From assembly GCA_963828255.1 (NCBI GenBank), contig CAWHDZ010000003.1, positions 160,001-224,000 on the forward strand: 64,000 bases of DNA, written 5' to 3'. The notes below the pieces were generated by a model. The model did no database searches. It saw only the letters and a program-made list of their open reading frames with translations, and was not told the origin of the DNA. This DNA is from an uncultured delta proteobacterium. Lineage in GTDB: Bacteria; Myxococcota; Myxococcia; Myxococcales; Anaeromyxobacteraceae. Positions within the stretch are counted from its first letter, which is position 1, and every line of letters begins with the position of its first letter. The position numbers and the translations under genes were made by a program. Below, piece after piece: positions 8,886-17,924 of the stretch.

Positions 8886-10217
8886 TCAGGAACCGCCCAG
8901 GCTCCACGACGCGCCCGGCACGAATGCCGCCAGACGCCTCCCGAACCAGCCGGCCGCGAGGCGGGCCACCTGGTCGAGCGTGCCGGGCTCCTCGAAGAGG
9001 TGGGTTGCGCCGGGGACGACGGTGAGCTGCGCGGACGGCATGTGGCGCAGCACCAATCGGTTGAGCCGGAGGACGTGCTCGTCCCGGCTCCCCACGAGGA
9101 GGAGCACCGGTGCCTGGATCCGCGCGAGCACCTGCGCCGGGACCAGGTCCGGGCGGCCGCCACGCGACACCACCGCCGCGATCGCCCCGGGGTTCTCCGC
9201 CGCCGCGGCGAGCGCCGCCGCGGCGCCCGTGCTCGCCCCGAAGAGTCCGATGCCCATCCCGCGGGTCTGCGGCCACGCCGCCAGCCATCGCGTCGCGGCC
9301 GTCACCCGGGAGGTGAGGAGCGGGAGATCGAAGGCGAACCGCGCCGTGGCCCTGTCCTCGGCCGCCTCCTCCGGCCGGAGGAGGTCGAAGAGGAGCGTCG
9401 CGAAGCCTGCACGCTGGAGCTCCCCGGCGACGAGGAGGTTCCGGGGGCTGCGCCGCGTCGAGCCGCTCCCGTGCACGAACAGCACCACGCCCCTCGCGCC
9501 CGGGGGAACGGTCAGCTCACACTCGAGCCCCTTCTCCCCGGCGGGGGAGCCGGTGAACGGGATCCTGGCGACGTCCACCGCGGCGTTCCGGGCCTGGCGC
9601 AGGCACTCCAGGACCTCCTCGTCCGACACCTGGTCGAAGCGCTCGTACCAGCGCCCCACCGCCATGAAATCGTCGGGCAACTCCACCGCCACCACGTCGT
9701 CGAAGTCGGATCGGAGGTCCGCCAGGGACGACGCGGCGATCACCGGCGCCGCCAGGACCACCTGCCGGGCTCCGCGCAGCCGGGCCGACCGGGCCGCGGC
9801 GCGCGCGGTGGCCCCCGTGGCGACGCCGTCGTCCACGACGATCGCGGTCCTGCCGGAAAGGTCCGGCATCTGGCGCCCGACCCGGTAGACGTGGACCCGG
9901 CGGGCCAGCTCCGCCACCTCTCGCTCGGCGAGCGTCGCGACCTGCTCCTCGTCGAGCCCCACCTCGGGGAGCGCCTCCCGGCGCACGTAGACGGCGCCGC
10001 CCTCGGCGATCGCGCCGAGGGCGTACTCCGGGTAGCCGGGGGCGCCGATCTTCCTGGCCACGATGATGTCGAGGTCGGTCTTCAGGCCCCGCGCCACCTC
10101 GAGCGCGACCGGAACGCCTCCGCGCGCCAGACCGAGGATCATCGGGTGCACCGGACGGTACCGCTCCAGGCGGCTGGCCAGGAGCCGCCCCGCTTGCTTC
10201 CTGTCCTGGAACGTCAT
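8886..10217 (-). CDS. Phosphoribosyltransferase fused to dienelactone-hydrolase-like alpha/beta hydrolase
   Basis: FQDRKQAG, LARGGVPVA, PRPP loop VVDDGVATGAT; C-terminal HGSGS, GASTG, SRGGRPD, HLFEE. Confidence 0.92.
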   Translation of the reverse strand: MTFQDRKQAGRLLASRLERYRPVHPMILGLARGGVPVALEVARGLKTDLDIIVARKIGAPGYPEYALGAIAEGGAVYVRREALPEVGLDEEQVATLAEREVAELARRVHVYRVGRQMPDLSGRTAIVVDDGVATGATARAAARSARLRGARQVVLAAPVIAASSLADLRSDFDDVVAVELPDDFMAVGRWYERFDQVSDEEVLECLRQARNAAVDVARIPFTGSPAGEKGLECELTVPPGARGVVLFVHGSGSTRRSPRNLLVAGELQRAGFATLLFDLLRPEEAAEDRATARFAFDLPLLTSRVTAATRWLAAWPQTRGMGIGLFGASTGAAAALAAAAENPGAIAAVVSRGGRPDLVPAQVLARIQAPVLLLVGSRDEHVLRLNRLVLRHMPSAQLTVVPGATHLFEEPGTLDQVARLAAGWFGRRLAAFVPGASWSLGGS

Positions 10218-10427
10218 GACGGGCCTCCAGATCGAGGGTAACTCCGGGCGGCGAGGGTGGCGTCGATGGCGGACGGGTCAGCCGGGTTGCTCCCAATGGG
10301 GCGTCAGGGCCCTCGAAGTCGGTGCCGTTGTAGATCATCCAAGCTCGGCGCCGCGGCGCCGCAGCCAGCGAGGGTTGCGGGTGCGAACGAGCGCAGCAGA
10401 CCGTTCATCCGGAGGACTATAATCTGT

Positions 10428-11801
10428 ATGTCCATGCAGCCCGCCCGCCCGCGCGCCTTCCTCACCGCCCGCGATACACCGGACTGCCTCGCCCCGAAGC
10501 CCGGGTGGGGGAGCGGGCCCGCAGAAGCGGATGCCGCGGTCCTCCTCGTCGACCCCTCCCACGCCTTCCAGGAGATCGAGGGGTTCGGGGGAGCCTTCAC
10601 CGAGGCCGCGGCGGTCACGCTCCACCAGGCCGCCCCGGAGCAGCAGGACGAGATCCTCCGGGCGTACTTCGATCCCGTCCACGGCCTCGGGTACACGCTG
10701 TGCCGCACCCACATGAACAGCTGCGACTTCTCGCTCGGGAACTACGCCCACGCCGACGTCCCGGGAGACCTCGCCCTCGCCCATTTCACCATCGACCGGG
10801 ATCGCCGCGATCTCATCCCCATGATCCAGGCCGCGCAGCGCGTGGCCGGCGGTCGCCTGAAGCTCTTCGCCTCCCCGTGGAGCCCGCCGGCCTGGATGAA
10901 GACCAACGGCGAGATGAACCACGGGGGCTCCCTGCGCCCCGGGTGCCGGGAGGCCTGGGCAGGCTGCTACGTGAAGTTCATCGAGGCCTACGAGGCCGAG
11001 GGAATCCCCATCTGGGGGCTCACCGTGCAGAACGAGCCGGCCGCGGTGCAGCGCTGGGACTCCTGCGTCTACAGCGCCGAGGAGGAGCGCGACTTCGTGC
11101 GGGACCACCTCGGCCCGGCCCTCCACCGGGCCGGCCGGCGCGACGTGAAGCTCATGGTCTGGGACCACAACCGCGACCTGCTCTACCACCGGGTGAAGCC
11201 CGTCTACGACGACCCGGAGTGTTCCCGCTTCGTCTGGGGCGCGGGCTTCCACTGGTACGGCGGCGACCACTTCGAGAACGTCCAGCGGGTCCACGACGCC
11301 TGGCCGGACAAGGGGTTGCTCTTCACCGAGGGTTGCATGGAGGGCGGGCCGCACCTCGGGGAATGGGCGTCCGGGGAGCGCTACGGCGCCTCGCTGGTGA
11401 ACGACCTGGAGCGCTGGGCGGCGGGCTGGGTGGACTGGAACCTGCTCCTCGACGAGACCGGCGGCCCCAACCACGTGGGCAACCTCTGTGGCGCGCCCAT
11501 CCACTACGACCGGCGCTCCCGCACCATTCACTACCAGTCATCATACTTCTACCTGGGCCACTTCTCCCGGTTCGTCCGGCCGGGGGCGCGCCGCGTCGCC
11601 GTCGGCAATCCACGCGACGACCTCCTGGCCACCGCCTTCCGGAACCCCGACGGGAGCGTCGCCACGGTGGCCATGAACCGGACCGACGCCCCCATCGCCC
11701 TGGACATCCGGATCGGCGAGGAGGTCGCCTGCGGGTCCTTGCCCCCGCACGCCATCGTCACGCTGGTCAGCGGCGAAAGGCCCGACGGACGATCCCGATG
11801 A
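10428..11801 (+). CDS. Glycoside hydrolase family 30 (glucosylceramidase-like / beta-1,6-glucanase-like)
   Basis: QEIEGFGGAFT, SCDFS, ASPWSPPAWMKTN, acid/base VQNEP, nucleophile FTEGC, WVDWN; no signal peptide. Confidence 0.93.
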   Translation: MSMQPARPRAFLTARDTPDCLAPKPGWGSGPAEADAAVLLVDPSHAFQEIEGFGGAFTEAAAVTLHQAAPEQQDEILRAYFDPVHGLGYTLCRTHMNSCDFSLGNYAHADVPGDLALAHFTIDRDRRDLIPMIQAAQRVAGGRLKLFASPWSPPAWMKTNGEMNHGGSLRPGCREAWAGCYVKFIEAYEAEGIPIWGLTVQNEPAAVQRWDSCVYSAEEERDFVRDHLGPALHRAGRRDVKLMVWDHNRDLLYHRVKPVYDDPECSRFVWGAGFHWYGGDHFENVQRVHDAWPDKGLLFTEGCMEGGPHLGEWASGERYGASLVNDLERWAAGWVDWNLLLDETGGPNHVGNLCGAPIHYDRRSRTIHYQSSYFYLGHFSRFVRPGARRVAVGNPRDDLLATAFRNPDGSVATVAMNRTDAPIALDIRIGEEVACGSLPPHAIVTLVSGERPDGRSR

Positions 11802-11877
11802 CGGTGTCCTGGTCCTCCCGGCCGAGGGAGCTCGAGCTGGGGAGGCAGAGAAGGCATGCACGCGGGTCCCCTGAACC

Positions 11878-14523
11878 TCAGGGCCGCGTTGCCACCCACC
11901 AGAACGCGTTGGTCCGGCTGTTTCCGTCGTCCCAGGCGGTCAGGGTGTTGACCTCGGTCCAGGCAGCCTCCCGGGCCGTGGTCGCGTGGGCCATGTAGAG
12001 GAACCCCCTCCATTCCTGGGGCGCGACGGCGGCGGCCGCCTGCATGTTCGGCCAGGCGTCCCCGACCCAGGTCGGCGACACGAGATCCTCGCTCGCCGGC
12101 GTGTACGGGAGCATCTGGATCCCGAAGATGTACTCGGCGCCGGCCGCGAAGAAGGTGGCGAAGACCGCCTTGGTCGCGAAGAGGATGCCGACGCACATGT
12201 TGGCCGCGAACGGATCCTGGTACACGACGGACGCCGCCGGGATCTGCCAGTAGGTGCGGGCCGAGTCGACCTCGAGCGCGAGGAGGACGCGTCCGAGCTC
12301 GCTCATCCGCGCGTCGCCGGTGGCGAGCCCCAGCAGGCGCAGCGCGTACCATGCATTGACGGCCTCCGAGGTCGATTCCTGGTTCTGGCCGTCAGCCAGG
12401 GCGGAGAGCCCGGCGGCCCAGGAGTGGCCCCGGAAGAAGTCCATGTGGCGGAAGCGCGGGAAGCGGGGATCCGACGCGCTGGGGTTGGCGATGTCGCGCA
12501 CCAGGGCGAGCAGCCCGGCGCGGTGGGTCGCCGCGAAGGCCGGGTCGGAGCGGGCCAGGACGGCGGCGGCGTAGAGGTGATACCCGTAGTGAAAGTGGTG
12601 GTCGTTGTAGTGGCCGGCCCCGAACTCGGCGCCCGGATCGGCGAGCCCCCGGGTCGTGACCACGCCTCCCCAGGTGGTGTCGTAGACGAAGGGGTTCCCG
12701 TTGGTGCCGTCGAGCCAGGCCGCGACCAGCGGCGAGAGGCGGGCGCGGAGGGTGGCCGCGGTGGCGGTCTCGCCCAGCTCGTCGGCGATCACCGCCAGTC
12801 GCGCCAGCTTGGCCAGCTGCTTGCCGCCGAAGTAGGTATCCACGTCCACCGTGCTCGGGTCGGGGACGAAGGAGGCGTCGGCCGCCAGCGCGGCACGCAC
12901 CGCCGCCAGGTGGGCCGGGGCCACCGGCCGGGGGGCCGCGAAGCCGATGGTCGAGAGGGGGAGGCTCATCGTCCAGGTGCTGCCCTCCACGCCCTGGAGC
13001 GTGCCGCGCAGCGTGGAGTAGGTGAGGGCGGTGGTCACCGGGGAGACCAGGCGCGCCATGTGATGGGGCAACGCCACGAGGAGCAGGGGGCCGGTGCCGG
13101 TGGTGGTGTAGACGAAGCGGAGGGTGGCCACGTCACAGGCGGTGGAAGCTTCCAGGCGCGCCCCGCGCGGCACGGCGCCCGCGTGGGCGTCGAGCACCGC
13201 CACGGAGGCCGGGGCCGGCGCGTTGGCCACCCGGAGGGTGCCCACGAAGGCGGAGGCCGCCGCCATGCTGCCCGTGGTCCAGTTGAAGGTCACCGGGGTC
13301 GAGGCGTAGAGCACCCAGGTGCTCCCGTCGCTCAGCCCGAGCACGAACCGGGTGCCGCTCACCGGGCCCGGGGAGCTCACGCCGTTGACGCTGGTGAAGG
13401 CGAACGTCCCGGGGATGAGCATGGGCCGGAGGCCCCCCGCGTAGTCGACGGTGACGTAGGGCATTCCCTGGACGAGCGGGGCGGTCATCGTCCCGCTGGC
13501 CGCGCGGTACCGCAGCGTCACCGAGAAGAGGTCGTAGGACTGCACGGCGTGCTGGGTGCTCCCGTCGAACTCGAGCGCGCCCAGCATGATCTGCTTGCGC
13601 TCGGGGACGATGACGGAGGTCGCGGTGTTGATGGGAGCCGCGGCGGCGACGTCGAGCCAGACGGGCTCGGCCTTGAGCTGGTAGGGGAGGAAGTCGATGC
13701 GGAGCCCGCCGTCGCCGAGCACCAGGTTCTGCCAGGAGGTGTTGGTCGGGAGCGGGGCCGTGGTCGATGCCCAGAGGGCGGTCGGCGTCTGCTGGCCGTT
13801 CCGGGGGGCGAACGGCGGGATGTCGGTGGCGAAGGGCGTGTCCAGGTCCAGGGCGACCTCCCGGCAATCCTGGGAGCAGATGCCGCCCTGGCAGGTCTGC
13901 CCAGGGGCGCAGGTGGCGCCGGCCTGGGCGCCGGTGCAGGTTCCGCTGGCCCCGCAGTAGGTCAGGCTGGTCTGGGGATCGACGCACGCGCCGCCGCAGA
14001 CGAGCTGGCCCGCTGTCGGGCACGCGCAGGTTCCGCCCTGGCAGGTCTGCCCAGGGGCGCAGGTGACACCTGCCTCGGCGCCGGTGCAGGTCCCGCTGGC
14101 CCCGCAGTAGGTCGGGCTGGTCTGGGGATCGACGCACGCGCCGCCGCAGACGAGCTGGCCCGCTGTCGGGCAGGCGCAGGTTCCGGCCTGGCAGGTCTGC
14201 CCCGAGGTGCAGGTGACGCCTGCCTGGGCGCCAGTGCAGGTTCCGCTGGCGCCGCAGTGGATCGGGCTGGTCTGGGGATCGACGCACGCGCCCTCGCACG
14301 CCACCTGTCCGGACGGGCAAGGCACGGCGCAGACGCCACTCGAGCAGACCGAGCCGACCGCGCAGATGTTGCCGCAGTCGCCGCAGTTGAGGTTGTCGGC
14401 CTGGGTCTGCACGCAGGCGCCGCCGCAGGACACGGAGCCGTTCGCACAGGTCGAGGCGACGCTGCAACCGGTCAGGGTGGAGACCGCGAATAGCAGGACC
14501 AGCCAATTCGTTCGGGTGAGCAC
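11878..14523 (-). CDS. Glycoside hydrolase family 81 endo-beta-1,3-glucanase, lipoprotein with myxobacterial Cys-rich repeats
   Basis: PLPTN, YFGGKQLAKLA, YNDHHFHYGY, HSWAAG, NQESTSEAVN motifs; GGAG RBS then GTG at 14523; lipobox LTGC. Confidence 0.92.
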   Translation of the reverse strand: MLTRTNWLVLLFAVSTLTGCSVASTCANGSVSCGGACVQTQADNLNCGDCGNICAVGSVCSSGVCAVPCPSGQVACEGACVDPQTSPIHCGASGTCTGAQAGVTCTSGQTCQAGTCACPTAGQLVCGGACVDPQTSPTYCGASGTCTGAEAGVTCAPGQTCQGGTCACPTAGQLVCGGACVDPQTSLTYCGASGTCTGAQAGATCAPGQTCQGGICSQDCREVALDLDTPFATDIPPFAPRNGQQTPTALWASTTAPLPTNTSWQNLVLGDGGLRIDFLPYQLKAEPVWLDVAAAAPINTATSVIVPERKQIMLGALEFDGSTQHAVQSYDLFSVTLRYRAASGTMTAPLVQGMPYVTVDYAGGLRPMLIPGTFAFTSVNGVSSPGPVSGTRFVLGLSDGSTWVLYASTPVTFNWTTGSMAAASAFVGTLRVANAPAPASVAVLDAHAGAVPRGARLEASTACDVATLRFVYTTTGTGPLLLVALPHHMARLVSPVTTALTYSTLRGTLQGVEGSTWTMSLPLSTIGFAAPRPVAPAHLAAVRAALAADASFVPDPSTVDVDTYFGGKQLAKLARLAVIADELGETATAATLRARLSPLVAAWLDGTNGNPFVYDTTWGGVVTTRGLADPGAEFGAGHYNDHHFHYGYHLYAAAVLARSDPAFAATHRAGLLALVRDIANPSASDPRFPRFRHMDFFRGHSWAAGLSALADGQNQESTSEAVNAWYALRLLGLATGDARMSELGRVLLALEVDSARTYWQIPAASVVYQDPFAANMCVGILFATKAVFATFFAAGAEYIFGIQMLPYTPASEDLVSPTWVGDAWPNMQAAAAVAPQEWRGFLYMAHATTAREAAWTEVNTLTAWDDGNSRTNAFWWVATRP
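13883..14295 (-). repeat. About 3 x 150-bp tandem repeat encoding a 50-aa Cys-rich module (CGGACVDPQTSPTYCGASGTC...)
   Basis: gcaggtctgc recurs at 13891, 14041 and 14191. Confidence 0.9.
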
Positions 14524-14564
14524 GAGGTCTCCTGGGGGTTTTTCCATGAACCAAGCTTGGGGAC

Positions 14565-14613
14565 TTGACAGTCCCAGAGGCAGCATATACTTGGTTCGGG
14601 GAGCGAACAAAGT
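14565..14613 (+). promoter_or_regulatory. sigma70 promoter (TTGACA) with overlapping 25-bp ROK/XylR-type operator 14589-14613
   Basis: TTGACA 14565-14570; ACTTGGTTCG-GGGAG-CGAACAAAGT. Confidence 0.8.
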
Positions 14614-14644
14614 GGCAGTGCGCACCGAACCCAGAGGCAAGAAC

Positions 14645-17600
14645 ATGACACTCCGAAGGCAGTCGTTGCTGGTCGCCCTCGCCGTCCTCCCGGGCCTCCT
14701 TCTCGCAGGCTGCAGCAGCTCCAGCAGCGGCGCGACCCTGTCCGCGATCGCCGTCACGCCCAGTCCGCTCCGGCTGGCGGTGGGCGGGGCGGGGCAACTC
14801 GTCGTGACCGGGATCAACAGCGACGGCACCAGGTTCCCCATCACCGCGGGCCTGACCTTCTCCTCCGACGATTCGGCCGTCGCGGCGGTCAGCAGCTCGG
14901 GTGTCGTGACCGGCCTCGCCGAAGGCTTCGCTACCATCACCGCCGCGGCCTCCGGCCTGACCGCCAGCGTGACCGTGACCGTGTCCTCGCTGGCGCCGAC
15001 GCTGGTCGCCATCGACATCATCCCCCCCAGCGCCCAGATCGCGGTCCGGGGGACCGAGCAGCTGACCGTGTCGGGGCTGTACAGCGACTTCTCGACCTTC
15101 AACGTGACGGCCGGATCGACCTTCGTCTCGTCCTCGCCCGCCGTGGCCACGGTCAGCGCGGGCGGTCTCGTGACCGGGGTCTCGGCCGGAAGCACGACCG
15201 TCGTCGCCACCCACACCGCCTCGGGCCGGATCGCGACCGCCACCATCTTCGTCGTCGGCGGCAGCCTGGCGCCCACCCTGGTGTCCATCGCGGTGACCCC
15301 GGCCAGCCCCACGCTGGCCCCGGGGGCGACGCAGCAGCTGACCGTCACCGGAACCTACAGCGACTCCTCGACGGCCAACCTCACGGCCGGCTCGACCTTC
15401 GTCTCCTCCTCCACCAGCGCGGCCACGGTCAGCGCCGCAGGGCTCGTGACCGCGGTGGCCGTCGGGACCGCGACCGTCACCGCCACGCACACCGCGTCCG
15501 GCAGGACCGCGACCTCCTCGGTCACGGTCAGCAGCGGCGGGACCCCCACGCTCACCTCCATCGCCGTGTCGCCGGCCGCCGTCTCGCTCGCGGTCGGCGC
15601 GACCCAGCAACTGACGGTCACCGGCACCTACAGCGACGCGTCCACCGCCAACCTCACCTCCGGCTCGACCTTCGCCTCCTCCGCCACCGGCGTGGCCACG
15701 GTCGGCTCCACCGGGCTGGTGACCGCGGTGGCCGCCGGAACGGCGACCGTCACCGCCACCCACACCGCGTCCGGCAGGACCGCCACCTCCGCCATCACCG
15801 TGAGCAGCGCGACGACCGACGGCGGCCTGGTCTTCGTCGACGGCTTCGACGCCGGCGTGACCTTCGTCGGCTTCGGCGGGGCCGTCAACGACGTGACCAT
15901 CGACACCACCGAGAAGAACAACGGCCGCAACTCGCTGAAGTTCGTCGTCACCAGCAGTGCGACCGCCTACTCGGGTGGCGCCTTCGTGGCGTCCGTGCCC
16001 AGGAACCTGTCGGCCTTCAACGCGCTGACCTTCTGGGCCAAGGCGAGCACCTCCAACACCCTGCCCGTGACCGGGATCGGGAACGACGCGGCCACGTTCC
16101 AGGGCTTCTCGGCGGAGTCGCTCGACATCCCGCTGACCGGGACCTGGACCAAGTACATCATCCCCATCCCCGTTCCGGCCAAGCTCACGGCGAACAAGGG
16201 ACTGTTCCACCTTGCCGACGGGGCCAACAAGAGCTACACGATCTGGCTCAACGACATCCAGTACGAGAACCTGCCGTCGTCCGAGGTCGGGCCGCCCACG
16301 CTCACCGGCACGAACATCGGATGGGAGTCGGCCATCACCCTGGCGGCCGGCGACACCCACCAGATCCCGTACCCGCCCAACACCGTGGGGTTCGCGCTGC
16401 CGGTGCTGCCGCACATCGGCAGGCTCACCAACGTGAGCTTCCGCTACTTCGACCTCACCTCGAGCGCCCCGTCGGTCGCCACGGTGAACGCCGACGGCCT
16501 CGTGACCGGCGTCTCCGCCGGGACCGCGAACGTCACGGCCACGCTGAACGGTCTCTCGATCCCCGGCCAGGGAGACTTCACGGTGTCCGGCACGGCGGCT
16601 CCGGCACCCACCGCCCCCCCGACGGCGCCCACGCCGCTCGCGGCCGACGCGATCTCCCTCCTCAGCACCACCTACGCGGGCACGGTGGCCGACAAGAGCG
16701 CCAACGTGGAGACCTGGCTGACGCCGTGGAGCGGAGGGGGCAGCACGGTGGCCGACTTCACCATCCCGGGCACCACCCACGTGGTGAAGAAGTACGAGGC
16801 GAAGAACTACATCGGCATCGAGTTCATCGGGGGCAACAACACCGCCGGTGACCCCCTGCTGGGCACGAAGCAGATCGACCTGACCACTCCCGGGATGACC
16901 AACTTCCACCTGGACGTGTGGACGCCGGACGGGAGCCACATGGTCATCAAGCTGCAGGACGCCGGGCCCGACATGGTGGTGGGCACGGCCGACGACTCGA
17001 CCAAGATCACCATGGGCGGGGTCGCGATCACCAGCCAGAACCAGTGGGTGTCCCTCGATTTCGACCTCGCCAGCCTGGCCGTGCAGCAGGCGGCGTGGAC
17101 CGGGAGGAACGTCGCGCAGATCGTCATCTCGCTCGACACCCCGACCGCGGGCGGGACGTTCTACCTGGACAACCTTTACTTCTACAAGGGAAGCGGCGGT
17201 GGTGGTGGAGGCGGCGCTGGCCCCACGACCGTGGCCGCCCTTCCGACGGCGCCGGTCGCCAACGTGATCTCGCTCTTCAGTTCGGCCTACACGGGCACAG
17301 CGGCCGACAAGAGCGCCCAGGTCGAATCCTACAACGCCACCTGCTTCGGCCCGTCCGGCACCAGCGTGGCCGACTACACCATCCCCGGCACCTCGCACGT
17401 CGTGAAGGCGTACTCGATCCTGGCCAACACCTTCGGGATCATCGAGATGATCGGCTCCACCGGCGGAACCCCCTCGCCACCCGACTCGCCGATCTGCTTC
17501 GGCGCCACGCAGACCGGCACCAACCTGATCGACGTCACCACCATGACCGGGCTCCACTTCGACATCTGGTCGGCGGTCGGCTCGACCCAGGGGACCAACG

Positions 17601-17851
17601 TGGGCGTCGTCAGCGCCGACGCCACCAACACCATCGCCGGCCCCGGCGCGGCGAGCGGCGCGTCGCAGGGGACCACATACTCGAGCGGCAACGCCGCCTT
17701 CGCCGCAGGCCAGTGGGTGGGAGTGGACCTCCCGTTCTCGACCTGGGGCCCGCCCGGCGCTCCCCTGGGGCTCGACAAGGCGGGGCTCGTGAAGTTCTTC
17801 TTCTTCGAGGCCGGGACCTACTACATCGACAACGTCTACTTCTACAAGTAG
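14645..17851 (+). CDS. Large surface lipoprotein with Ig-like (Big_2) repeats and three CBM-like domains; putative glucan-binding protein
   Basis: Lipobox LAGC; four tandem SIAVTP..QQLTVTGTYSD..SS..VATVS..GLVT units plus a fifth partial one; RNLSAFNALTFWAK domain; two PT..ISL.S.Y...FYLDN.YFYK domains. Confidence 0.85.
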   Translation: MTLRRQSLLVALAVLPGLLLAGCSSSSSGATLSAIAVTPSPLRLAVGGAGQLVVTGINSDGTRFPITAGLTFSSDDSAVAAVSSSGVVTGLAEGFATITAAASGLTASVTVTVSSLAPTLVAIDIIPPSAQIAVRGTEQLTVSGLYSDFSTFNVTAGSTFVSSSPAVATVSAGGLVTGVSAGSTTVVATHTASGRIATATIFVVGGSLAPTLVSIAVTPASPTLAPGATQQLTVTGTYSDSSTANLTAGSTFVSSSTSAATVSAAGLVTAVAVGTATVTATHTASGRTATSSVTVSSGGTPTLTSIAVSPAAVSLAVGATQQLTVTGTYSDASTANLTSGSTFASSATGVATVGSTGLVTAVAAGTATVTATHTASGRTATSAITVSSATTDGGLVFVDGFDAGVTFVGFGGAVNDVTIDTTEKNNGRNSLKFVVTSSATAYSGGAFVASVPRNLSAFNALTFWAKASTSNTLPVTGIGNDAATFQGFSAESLDIPLTGTWTKYIIPIPVPAKLTANKGLFHLADGANKSYTIWLNDIQYENLPSSEVGPPTLTGTNIGWESAITLAAGDTHQIPYPPNTVGFALPVLPHIGRLTNVSFRYFDLTSSAPSVATVNADGLVTGVSAGTANVTATLNGLSIPGQGDFTVSGTAAPAPTAPPTAPTPLAADAISLLSTTYAGTVADKSANVETWLTPWSGGGSTVADFTIPGTTHVVKKYEAKNYIGIEFIGGNNTAGDPLLGTKQIDLTTPGMTNFHLDVWTPDGSHMVIKLQDAGPDMVVGTADDSTKITMGGVAITSQNQWVSLDFDLASLAVQQAAWTGRNVAQIVISLDTPTAGGTFYLDNLYFYKGSGGGGGGGAGPTTVAALPTAPVANVISLFSSAYTGTAADKSAQVESYNATCFGPSGTSVADYTIPGTSHVVKAYSILANTFGIIEMIGSTGGTPSPPDSPICFGATQTGTNLIDVTTMTGLHFDIWSAVGSTQGTNVGVVSADATNTIAGPGAASGASQGTTYSSGNAAFAAGQWVGVDLPFSTWGPPGAPLGLDKAGLVKFFFFEAGTYYIDNVYFYK
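14735..15805 (+). repeat. Four ~273-bp tandem Ig-like domain repeats
   Basis: Recurrent ctgaccgt...tacagcgac and cacaccgc(c/g)tc(g/c)ggc blocks. Confidence 0.85.
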
Positions 17852-17876
17852 GGTTGGTTCGACCAACGAACAAAGT
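17852..17876. promoter_or_regulatory. ROK/XylR-type operator copy 2
   Basis: GGTTGGTTCG-ACCAA-CGAACAAAGT directly after the stop of the 14645 gene. Confidence 0.75.
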
Positions 17877-17924
17877 CCCGTGGCCGACTCACGGGACTCG
17901 CGATCCGCATGCGGAGGCGAGGGC

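Noticed and set aside
14524..15348. Extended N-terminus of the GH81 ORF (1156 aa) with repeat-like sequence
   Set aside because: Antisense reading of the Ig-repeat lipoprotein and the promoter region; real start is at RBS plus GTG 14523 with a lipobox
13883..15805. Regular repeats as a possible CRISPR array
   Set aside because: Periods of 150 and ~273 bp are in-frame protein-domain repeats; no short repeat-spacer structure and no cas genes
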